From an uncultured Acidobacteriota bacterium (GTDB taxonomy: Bacteria > Acidobacteriota > Thermoanaerobaculia > Gp7-AA8): 64,000 bases of DNA. The DNA is taken from NCBI GenBank assembly GCA_963822445.1, contig CAWGHO010000002.1, positions 416,001-480,000 of the forward strand. The letters are read 5' to 3'. The translations under genes were made by a program, and so were the position numbers. Shown here one piece after another: positions 56,433 through 64,000 of this stretch (position 1 is the stretch's first letter; every line of letters begins with the position of its first letter). The notes under the pieces were generated by a model. That model saw only the letters and a list, made by a program, of their open reading frames with translations. It searched no databases and was not told the origin of the DNA.

Positions 56433-57614
56433 TCAGTGGCGCGCGGATCGCCTGCGGTTCGGCTGCTGGGACGCGGTGCGGAAGACTTCGATGCCGCCGC
56501 CCGTCGGGCAGCCGGATTCGCCGGCGAAGGTCGCGATGATCTCGGCGCGGCCGTCGGCGTCGAGATCGGCCACGCGCACGGCGTACGCGGGGCAGCCGGG
56601 ACGCCACGCCGAGGGACTGATGTCGCCGTCGCGCACGACCGATCCGCGGCCGTCGCCGCGGAACGTGAGCAGCCGGCCGTCCTGCAGGGCGGCGACGACG
56701 TCCTTCGCGCCGTCGCCATTGAGATCGCCCGTTGCGACCGCGGCGATCACCGCACCTTCTTCCGTCCAGAGCTGCAGCGGCGGGCGTGAGCCGGCCGGGA
56801 ACGACACCAGCTCGAGCGACGCCGCGCGCGGGGCGCTGGCGGAATAACCGATGACGATCTCGTCGAGACCGTCGCCGTCGAAATCCGCCATATCGACGCC
56901 GCGCACGGTGGAAGGCGTAAGCACCGTTTCGATCTCGCGGCGCGCGAGCGCGCCATCGGAGCCGAGTCGCAACACGCGGTGATCGCCGGCGTTGTAGGTG
57001 GCGGTGACGAGATCGGGAAGGCCGTCGCCATCGACGTCACCCGCGGCGATGGCGTCGCCGTGGATCAAGTCGGTGCTCTTCGAATGCGTCGTTCTCCAGG
57101 CCGATCCGAGATTCTCGAAGACGGTCACGCCCATCTGCACGCTGTACAGCGGCCGCGGCCCATCGCTCAGCGCGGCAACGTCGAGGCGGCCATCGGCGTT
57201 CCAGTCGATCACCGTGAGCGCGCGCGAGGAGAACGTGGACGGATACGTGAAGCCGTCGGACACGGCGGTGAACTTCCCCTGGCCGTCGCCCAGCAAAACG
57301 ATCACGCCGATGTAGTGCGAGCCGACGGCGAGGTCCATCGCGCCGTTGCCGTCGAAATCGGCCGCGGCGACCGCGCCGTAATCGAACAGCATCGCCGGGA
57401 ACTTCGTCCCCATCCAGCGCTCGAAGCGGCCCTTCCCGTCATTGAGAAAGATCACCGGAGGGCCGGGCTGTTTGCGCGGCGAGGTGAAAACGAGATCGGG
57501 ATGACCGTCGCCGTTCATGTCCGCGACGGCGAAGCCGTGGCGCCACATGCCGGTTTGCGGCAAACCGGTGTCGACGGGATGGAACGTGAGAAGGGCGGCG
57601 AGGACCAGGAGCAC
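56433..57614 (-). CDS. Secreted FG-GAP/VCBS repeat protein
   Basis: Seven D.xxDGxxD repeats (ADMNGDGHPD, ADFDGNGAMD, DWNADGRLD, GDVDGDGLPD, ADFDGDGLDE, GDLNGDGAKD, ADLDADGRAE). Confidence 0.9.
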   Translation of the reverse strand: MLLVLAALLTFHPVDTGLPQTGMWRHGFAVADMNGDGHPDLVFTSPRKQPGPPVIFLNDGKGRFERWMGTKFPAMLFDYGAVAAADFDGNGAMDLAVGSHYIGVIVLLGDGQGKFTAVSDGFTYPSTFSSRALTVIDWNADGRLDVAALSDGPRPLYSVQMGVTVFENLGSAWRTTHSKSTDLIHGDAIAAGDVDGDGLPDLVTATYNAGDHRVLRLGSDGALARREIETVLTPSTVRGVDMADFDGDGLDEIVIGYSASAPRAASLELVSFPAGSRPPLQLWTEEGAVIAAVATGDLNGDGAKDVVAALQDGRLLTFRGDGRGSVVRDGDISPSAWRPGCPAYAVRVADLDADGRAEIIATFAGESGCPTGGGIEVFRTASQQPNRRRSARH

Positions 57615-57651
57615 TGGGAAGTTATTTTACATGCACCGGCCGGGGTGCTGC

Positions 57652-57721
57652 GTGTGGTGCAGGCCTCCGGCCTGCCTCCGGGCGGGGGTAACCAGAGGCA
57701 GGCCGGAGGCCTGCACCACAC
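57652..57721. repeat. REP-like inverted repeat (copy 2)
   Basis: GTGTGGTGCAGGCCTCCGGCCTGCCTC...GAGGCAGGCCGGAGGCCTGCACCACAC, a long perfect stem; same family as 55067..55130. Confidence 0.75.
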
Positions 57722-57731
57722 CACTAACAAC

Positions 57732-58340
57732 TCAGAAGCGGAGCTTGATGCCGCCGGAGATGATCAGCGGGTTGAGGTCGATCGCTTCGCCGTCGCTGTC
57801 CCCTTCGCCGCGGGCCTCGTACAGGATGTACTTGCCGTCGAGGAACACCGCGAAGTTCGCGCCGAGGCCGACGTTGATCCCTGCGTTCGCCAGGAATTCG
57901 AGCTCGCTCTCGAGATCGGTGTCCTCCAACTCGTCCTCATCGATCGAGCCGGCATCGCCGCTGATGTAGGCGACACCGCCGCCGATGTACGGGCTGATCA
58001 TGCTGCCGCGCGCGAAGTGAAGCTGCGCGGTGCCCGAAAGGATGTCCAGATTGAGGTCACCCGCCTCCTCGGCGATGTCCTGGAACGACACCGTCAGATC
58101 GGCGCCGAGCTTCTGATAGGCAAACTCCGTGGAGAGGCCCCCCATCCAGAAACGGTTGTAGAGAAGGCCGTAGCCCATGTCCTCTTCCCATTCGAGGTCG
58201 AAGAGATCGCCGGCGTCCTGGATCTCGCTGTCATCGAGCTGTGACGTGGAGATGAAGACGCCGAGCTCGTTGTTGTGCTGGGCGGTGGCGAAGAGAGGGA
58301 GAAGAAGAAGAGAGAGAACGACCAGAGTCCGTTTGATCAC
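57732..58340 (-). CDS. Outer membrane beta-barrel (OmpW/OmpA-like) protein
   Basis: GGAGG RBS, GTG start, signal peptide, PYIGGGVAY, C-terminal GIKLRF. Confidence 0.85.
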   Translation of the reverse strand: MIKRTLVVLSLLLLPLFATAQHNNELGVFISTSQLDDSEIQDAGDLFDLEWEEDMGYGLLYNRFWMGGLSTEFAYQKLGADLTVSFQDIAEEAGDLNLDILSGTAQLHFARGSMISPYIGGGVAYISGDAGSIDEDELEDTDLESELEFLANAGINVGLGANFAVFLDGKYILYEARGEGDSDGEAIDLNPLIISGGIKLRF

Positions 58341-58407
58341 AATGCCTCCAGGTAACACGACGTGGTCCGCATGACGGAGTCGCGTTCTTGCCAAGGTGAT
58401 GCCTGCA

Positions 58408-59961
58408 TCACATTGTGGAGATATCTGCGGCCTTCCGGAGACGCGCCTCCTGAAGAGCTCGTGTAAGACCTGCCGCCTCGGATCCCGCCGCGGCAAGCGC
58501 GTCACGCAACTGTTTCTCCGCCGCATTCGTGGTTTCCAGCCTGCTGGTGAGGCGCGCCAGCGTCGATTCGAGCGCGCCCGCGGCGGCGCGATGCTCGGCG
58601 AGCCGGCGTACGGTTTTGCTGCGGCTGCCGATCAGCAATTGCTGATCGCGCAGTGAAAGGTCGTCAGCAAAGTCGTAACGGAAATCATCGAGGGCCTGCT
58701 GTTCGTCGGCAATCTTTGCGTTCAGCGCGGCCAGCTCCTGCCGGGACGTCAGCATCTGCTGCTCGATCTCATCGCCGGTTTTCGAAGTCGTGGCGAGATC
58801 GTCGCGCAGGCGGGCGATGTCGGAGTGGAGCGTTCCGCTGAGCGACTGCAGCGCGCCTTCCTGCGTTTCCAGCCGTTCGATCGCTGTCGCGGTCTGGTCG
58901 CGGAGACGATCCGTCGCGTCGCGCATCTGCTGCCCGTTCTCGAACCAGTCGGCGAAACGGATCGGATTCATGAGACCCGGCTGCTCGCGCGGATCGAGGC
59001 GATGGCTGAACGCGCCAGCCAGCATGCGCGCGTACGCAGCCTGCAGCCGCGCGTTGTAGTAGATGCGCACCGATTCGGGTTGGAACAGCTTCAGACAGAC
59101 CAGGCCGAGGAACATGAAGACCAGGAAGGCTTTGATGTTGCGGCGGGTCGTGCGAAACGAGGGAGAGGTTTCCATCTCCGCGAGCACGCGGGCGCGCGTG
59201 TCCGGACCCTGCCGCACGAGATCGACGCCGTAGCGATTCGCCAGCACTTCCGGCGTCGCCCGATCGAATGATTGCAACTCGACCGACTTCGCCGATTCCA
59301 GCGCCGCGATCTGAGTCTGCAGCGCCTGAATGTCGCCGGTGATGGCGTCGGAGGTCGGGCCTTTTCCATACCGTCCGCTCGCGCCAGTGCCGGCGATCTC
59401 CCGTTCCAGATCGCGATGACGGCTCGTCAGAAGAGTGCGCGCACCGTCGATGCGTTTGTCGAAGTTCGTCGCGACTTCCGCTCGCTTCGAGGCAACGGTC
59501 TGATCGTTGCGGCGCTTGATGTTCGCCTCGATGTCGCGGGCGAAGAACAACTGCGTCAGAAAAGGCGCAGTCACCGTGAACGTGAGCACGACCAGGATGA
59601 TCCGGGCGACCACGGCGACGTGATCGCGATGCACGTTCCGCCGAATGCGCTGCCAGAAGCCCGCGTCGGCAGGCTCTTCCTCCTTCTCGTCCGTGCGCCG
59701 CCGCGAGCGGTCGTGCATGACGAACATCGCATCGACGCTGCCGACGAGCATCAGCACGACCAGTCCCGCAACCGCGGCCGAGACATACGCCGCGGTGCCG
59801 GTGGCTGTGGTGTAGCCGAAGTAAGCCCAGGCCACGGCGTCACAGAAGGCAATCGAGAGGATGTTCAGCGCGGCCAGGATCATCCAGGTCTCGGCCACGC
59901 CGTCGAGCAGATTGTTTCCGTAAGGTTTGAGGGTGAACAGTTTCCGAAGGGTTCCGAGCAT
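58408..59961 (-). CDS. DUF4407-like membrane protein with long coiled coil
   Basis: Several TMs, PFLTQLFF..DI, EIAGTGASGRYGKGP, long heptad C-terminus. Confidence 0.7.
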   Translation of the reverse strand: MLGTLRKLFTLKPYGNNLLDGVAETWMILAALNILSIAFCDAVAWAYFGYTTATGTAAYVSAAVAGLVVLMLVGSVDAMFVMHDRSRRRTDEKEEEPADAGFWQRIRRNVHRDHVAVVARIILVVLTFTVTAPFLTQLFFARDIEANIKRRNDQTVASKRAEVATNFDKRIDGARTLLTSRHRDLEREIAGTGASGRYGKGPTSDAITGDIQALQTQIAALESAKSVELQSFDRATPEVLANRYGVDLVRQGPDTRARVLAEMETSPSFRTTRRNIKAFLVFMFLGLVCLKLFQPESVRIYYNARLQAAYARMLAGAFSHRLDPREQPGLMNPIRFADWFENGQQMRDATDRLRDQTATAIERLETQEGALQSLSGTLHSDIARLRDDLATTSKTGDEIEQQMLTSRQELAALNAKIADEQQALDDFRYDFADDLSLRDQQLLIGSRSKTVRRLAEHRAAAGALESTLARLTSRLETTNAAEKQLRDALAAAGSEAAGLTRALQEARLRKAADISTM

Positions 59962-60054
59962 CGGGTCAGCGGGGCTCCATACCGGCTAGTTACGCGCGGG
60001 ATGGCGTTTGGTGCACACGGAACCTTTGGCTGTTTTGTGCGTAGTGTGTTCGTC

Positions 60055-61116
60055 ATGATCAAACGCCTCGCACTTCTCGCGCTGTTCGCAACCACACCGC
60101 TCTTCGCGCAGTTCGGCCCGGAGCCCGACTTCACCATCACCGCCGCCGACCGCGCCCAGGTGATCGACAACTCGATCGCGAAGCTCAACCAGTACTACGT
60201 CTTCCCGGAGACGGCGAAGAAGATGGAGCAGGCCGTCCGCGCCCGCGCCGCCAAAGGCGAGTACGACAAGATCACCAGCGCCCGCGAGCTGGCCGACAAG
60301 CTGACCGCCGACTTCCGCGAAGTCAGCAAGGACAAGCACCTCGGCATCCGCTACAGCAACAACCCCATCCCCGATCGCCCGTTCAACGAAACGCCGTCGC
60401 CCGAGCAGATCGAGCAGCAGAAGGCCTTCGCCGCGAAATTGAATTACGGATTCGAGAAAGTGGAGCGGCTGCAGGGCAACATCGGCCTCGTCGACATCCG
60501 CGGGTTCATTCCGCCCGAGGTTGGCGGGGAGACGGCGGCGGCGGCGATGACGTTCGTCGCGAATACCGACGCGCTCATCGTCGACCTCCGTTTCAACGGC
60601 GGCGGCGAGCCGGCCATGATCGCCTTCCTGACGAGCTACCTCTTCGACGAGCCGACCCACCTCAACGACATCTACGAGCCGTACAGAAACATGACCCAGC
60701 AGTGGTGGACGGCCGGCTTCGTCCCGGGACGGCGCTTCGGTGGCAAGAAGCCGGTGTATGTGCTGACCAGCAATCGCACGTTCTCCGGCGGTGAGGAGTT
60801 CGCGTACAACCTCAAGAACCTGAAGCGCGGCACGATCATCGGCGAGACCACCGGCGGCGGTGCGCATCCGGTGAACGGAGTGAAAGTCAGCGAGCACTTC
60901 GAGATCGGCGTTCCCTTCGCGCGGGCGATCAGCCCGATCACGAAGACGAACTGGGAAGGCACCGGCGTCACGCCCGACATCAGCGTTCCCGCCGATCAGG
61001 CGTTCGACAAGGCGTACGTCTTGGCGCTGGAGCAGGTCGTGGCGGCGACGACCGATCCGCAGCGGAGGGCGGGATTGCAGCGGGTGCTGGACGAAAAGAA
61101 AAAGAAGACCATTTAG
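60055..61116 (+). CDS. S41 family peptidase (IRBP-like)
   Basis: Signal peptide; YVFPE, DKHL, IVDLRFNGGG, TFSGGEEF, GETTGGGAHP, WEGTGVTPD. Confidence 0.92.
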   Translation: MIKRLALLALFATTPLFAQFGPEPDFTITAADRAQVIDNSIAKLNQYYVFPETAKKMEQAVRARAAKGEYDKITSARELADKLTADFREVSKDKHLGIRYSNNPIPDRPFNETPSPEQIEQQKAFAAKLNYGFEKVERLQGNIGLVDIRGFIPPEVGGETAAAAMTFVANTDALIVDLRFNGGGEPAMIAFLTSYLFDEPTHLNDIYEPYRNMTQQWWTAGFVPGRRFGGKKPVYVLTSNRTFSGGEEFAYNLKNLKRGTIIGETTGGGAHPVNGVKVSEHFEIGVPFARAISPITKTNWEGTGVTPDISVPADQAFDKAYVLALEQVVAATTDPQRRAGLQRVLDEKKKKTI

Positions 61117-61126
61117 AATTCAGGCC

Positions 61127-62809
61127 ATGCGTCCAAGCCTGATCGCTGTCGCGCTCACTCTCTCCATCGCAACGGCAGTAGCAGCTCAGCAAACCGCGTT
61201 CGTGGTCGACGCGGACGGCAAAGCCATCGCCGTGGTCAACCTCGATAACGGCTCCGTCCCGTCGAAGATCGCCCTTCCTTTCACTCCGGACCGGGCCCGT
61301 CTCGCGCCGGACGGCAAGACCCTGCTCGTGCTCGATCAGGGCGAAGGGACGATGGGGTTCTGGGTGGCGGAGTTCCGGCCGAAGACGAAGGCCAACGCCG
61401 CGATCATTCGCGACGGGAAGCTGGTCGCGTCGACGGAGCTCGGATGGGGTCTGGCCGAATCAGCATTCTCCGCGGACGGCCAGTCCGCTTACGTGCTCAC
61501 CACCGGCTACGAATCGAACAAAGAGCCGGAGCGCAAAGCGTCGGAGCTGGTTCGCATCAGCCTCACCGACGGCAAAGTTACGGGCCGCATCCCGCTCGAT
61601 GCGGCCGCGGAAGCGTTCGCCGCCGATGACGCGTCGACGACCGGCATCATCTATTCACCGCCTTATCCGAAAAAGAAACCGACACCGCTGCCGGCGCGAT
61701 TGACGTTCGTCGATCTGGCCAGTTTCGAGGCGAAGGAGCGGATCGAGATTCGCGGCGCGGACGTGAAGCGACCCGTGTCCGCCGGCGGACTGCTGTACAT
61801 CGCCGACGCGGGAACGAAGACCGCGCGCGGCAGCATCACCGTCGTCGATCCGAGTAAGCGCGCCGTCGCCGAGAAGATCGACGTCGGGCCGGAAGCGCTG
61901 ATCAGCGGCAGCGACAAGGCCGAGCGCCTGTTCGTGCTGAGCCAGGGCGCGGACAAGAACAGCGGCGCTCTTCGCATCATCAAGGGAACGAAAGTCGAGG
62001 CCGAATACAAGACCGCGGCCGCGCCGCGCATGGCCCGGCTGTCCGACGACAGCAAGCGCGCCTACGTCCTGGGTTGGAAGGAGTTCTCGGTCGTCGACCT
62101 CGAGAAGGGTACGTCCGGCCCGGTCATCGAGCAGGCTCGCAATCCGTTCGCCGTTCTCGGCACCGCCGACGGCAAGCGCGCCTTCACGATCAACATGGAC
62201 GGCGATCAGTGCTGCCGTCTGACCGCGTTCGACCTGAACGGTCCGAAGCGCCTGACCACATTCCTCGGCGGCAGCAAAGGCGAGCGCATCGGACAGGCGA
62301 TGGTGGCGGTCGCGCTGTCAGTGGCGTCGTATCAGGCCGGGCGATCGATCGCCGCGGCCACGGGCTCCAACACGTTCTATTACTCGATCTACACACCACA
62401 GTCGCACGGCGCCGCGCGCGGTCCGCTGACGTTCGGACCGGGCGAGAAGAAGGTCTACTTCGTCGACACGCAAACGAGCGACGTCACCGTCGCCGACATC
62501 GAGACCGGCGAGCGCCTGCGGACGCTCGACGCCGGATCGGGACTGCAGGAAGTCGTGCCACTGCACGACGCCGGTGTGATCGCCGGCATCGCCGACAGTG
62601 AGATCACGCTCGTCGACGTGAACACGGATGAAGTGAAATCGACGATCAAGCTGGAAGGCGGCGTCACCGACGCTGTGCTGACCGCGGACAACAACCGGCT
62701 GGTCGTGTTCGGAAAGAAGAACCTGGTGGTGATCGACGCGAAGACGGCGAAGGAGATCGCGCGCATCGGTTCGCTGCAACAGCCGGTGCAGGTGGTGTTC
62801 GCGGAGTAG
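61127..62809 (+). CDS. Secreted YncE/YVTN-like beta-propeller protein
   Basis: Signal peptide; repeated PDGK/ADGK/DDSKRAYV blades. Confidence 0.8.
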   Translation: MRPSLIAVALTLSIATAVAAQQTAFVVDADGKAIAVVNLDNGSVPSKIALPFTPDRARLAPDGKTLLVLDQGEGTMGFWVAEFRPKTKANAAIIRDGKLVASTELGWGLAESAFSADGQSAYVLTTGYESNKEPERKASELVRISLTDGKVTGRIPLDAAAEAFAADDASTTGIIYSPPYPKKKPTPLPARLTFVDLASFEAKERIEIRGADVKRPVSAGGLLYIADAGTKTARGSITVVDPSKRAVAEKIDVGPEALISGSDKAERLFVLSQGADKNSGALRIIKGTKVEAEYKTAAAPRMARLSDDSKRAYVLGWKEFSVVDLEKGTSGPVIEQARNPFAVLGTADGKRAFTINMDGDQCCRLTAFDLNGPKRLTTFLGGSKGERIGQAMVAVALSVASYQAGRSIAAATGSNTFYYSIYTPQSHGAARGPLTFGPGEKKVYFVDTQTSDVTVADIETGERLRTLDAGSGLQEVVPLHDAGVIAGIADSEITLVDVNTDEVKSTIKLEGGVTDAVLTADNNRLVVFGKKNLVVIDAKTAKEIARIGSLQQPVQVVFAE

Positions 62810-63004
62810 CGACGTCAGCCGGCGCACGGCGGAAAACGCCGCGATCTCACGCGCAGAATCCCAGCAACCATTCCGAACCCCGCCCCGGCCACTGCAGCGA
62901 ACCAAACCTCAGGGAACATCCAGACCAAACTGCCGGGAAACTGCCGGACACCGTGGCCAAAACAACGTTCCGGTGGGGCTGAGAGTGGGATGCATACTCT
63001 GCCG

Positions 63005-63349
63005 TCACTGTGGATGTTCGTTTGCATCTGAGGAATCCGGCCACTCATAGTCTCTAATTGCACGCTCACGTTGCTGCGTGAGTCTCTCGCGATCTCGTTC
63101 TGAGATCGTCTGGTTACTCAGTTCACGGTCGAGTCGCTCGATCCATGACTCGTAAATTCGCTGCCGTTCCTGAATGAGCAAGTCGACAGGCAGACCCTTG
63201 CGACGGGCATCTCCGATCTGTCGTTCCAGCTCAACTATTTGAGCCTCCTCTTTGGATCCGTATTCCAGCCGCAAAGGTTGGCTGACGAGAAGGCCGGACA
63301 CAGCAGGAAAAGCCACAACATTTGAAGAGCATGCTGGTGTGTATTGCAT
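63005..63349 (-). CDS. Hypothetical protein (helical/coiled coil)
   Basis: GAGGA RBS upstream of ATG 63349, 12 nt after the upstream stop; lower-GC segment. Confidence 0.4.
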   Translation of the reverse strand: MQYTPACSSNVVAFPAVSGLLVSQPLRLEYGSKEEAQIVELERQIGDARRKGLPVDLLIQERQRIYESWIERLDRELSNQTISERDRERLTQQRERAIRDYEWPDSSDANEHPQ

Positions 63350-63361
63350 TCGAGTTTCCTC

Positions 63362-63868
63362 TCAAACCGGGCTCGATGGTTCGGTAGACGCTGGTTCCGC
63401 TATTGCTGTTGCGACAAACGACACGCCTCGCGATACAACCCTAAAGTCAATGAGAACGGGGGACCGATGATTGAGCGGTAGCGTGAGCAGGTTTTGTTCC
63501 TTCAGGACTTCACCCGCTTCAACCCAGGTATGTGCCAGAAGAACTCGAGACGTGTCCAACCAAAGACGGCGCGGCAAGACGGCGATCTCCGGAACAGGCT
63601 CGGCAGAAAGCGAGCACGCCCTAAGTGTCGCAGCGTCAATATCGATCTTCGAAAGACCGACGTTAGACAACTCAATAGTCGATAGGAGATAAGTCGTTGC
63701 CTCGATGCGCAGCTGTTTCGCATTTGCAGTCAGTATCAGTCGAGGATGAAACACGCGACCTTTGACAAACCGATAATAGGCCCAGCCGCCTGCCAGAATG
63801 GTAGCGAGCGCCGTAATACTCTTGGCAAGGACGTCGACGATGTCCTTTATGGACATAGAGTTCTCCAA
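63362..63868 (-). CDS. Hypothetical protein with N-terminal TM
   Basis: ALATILAGGWAYYRF TM followed by a beta-rich domain (LSNVG); lower GC; start may be ATG 63856. Confidence 0.65.
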   Translation of the reverse strand: MENSMSIKDIVDVLAKSITALATILAGGWAYYRFVKGRVFHPRLILTANAKQLRIEATTYLLSTIELSNVGLSKIDIDAATLRACSLSAEPVPEIAVLPRRLWLDTSRVLLAHTWVEAGEVLKEQNLLTLPLNHRSPVLIDFRVVSRGVSFVATAIAEPASTEPSSPV

Positions 63869-64000
63869 AACACGACCGAGCCTCTAAACAATATCACCGG
63901 AGCCGATCAATCGATCAAGTTGTTGCAGGCTCGCAGACGCGAGGGACAGCGTCGAGACGCTCCGTCTGCCTAAGGTCTATCGCCTGAGCTGCAGCGAGGC

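Noticed and set aside
59272-60054. N-terminal extension of the 614-aa ORF 59272..61116
   Set aside because: Antisense to the DUF4407-like gene; the S41 peptidase starts at ATG 60055 with a signal peptide.
62815-63069. Short ORF containing NIHSDGRVCI, reminiscent of the ubiquitin E2 active-site motif HPNI..DG.VC
   Set aside because: Lacks the HP, has no room for the upstream E2 fold, overlaps another ORF, and no E1/JAB genes are nearby; probably chance.

Overview
High-GC (visually ~65%) bacterial DNA. The gene style (ECF sigma/anti-sigma/CHAT module, FG-GAP and carboxypeptidase-regulatory-domain secreted proteins) suggests Acidobacteriota, possibly Thermoanaerobaculia; this is inference only. 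The dominant feature is a ~32 kb minus-strand run of 21 genes (34437->2490) with overlapping or very short junctions. In order it encodes: a secreted-type caspase, a CHAT/TPR protease, a coiled-coil lipoprotein, a vWA protein, a Ser/Thr kinase, a Gly-zipper lipoprotein, an Ig-like membrane protein, a Zn-ribbon/Ig-fused Hsp70, a degenerate Hsp70, a membrane GrpE-like protein, a Zn-ribbon beta-propeller, a second vWA-like protein, a small membrane protein, a 1316-aa tubulin-like GTPase with four Zn ribbons, a frameshifted YfaP-like protein, a DnaJ-type Zn-finger membrane protein, a complete His-Xaa-Ser radical SAM cassette (hxsA-D-B-C, with an unusually long HxsA fused to a lectin-like domain) and a second caspase. 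A divergent ECF sigma/anti-sigma/CHAT module lies next to it. The right half is mostly ordinary metabolism and envelope genes (racemases, mpaA, ppc, rtcA, alkA, S41 peptidase, OMP) with REP-like palindromes and a lower-GC segment at the right edge. No rRNA, tRNA, CRISPR array or transposase was recognised. All calls come from reading motifs by eye; no searches were run.
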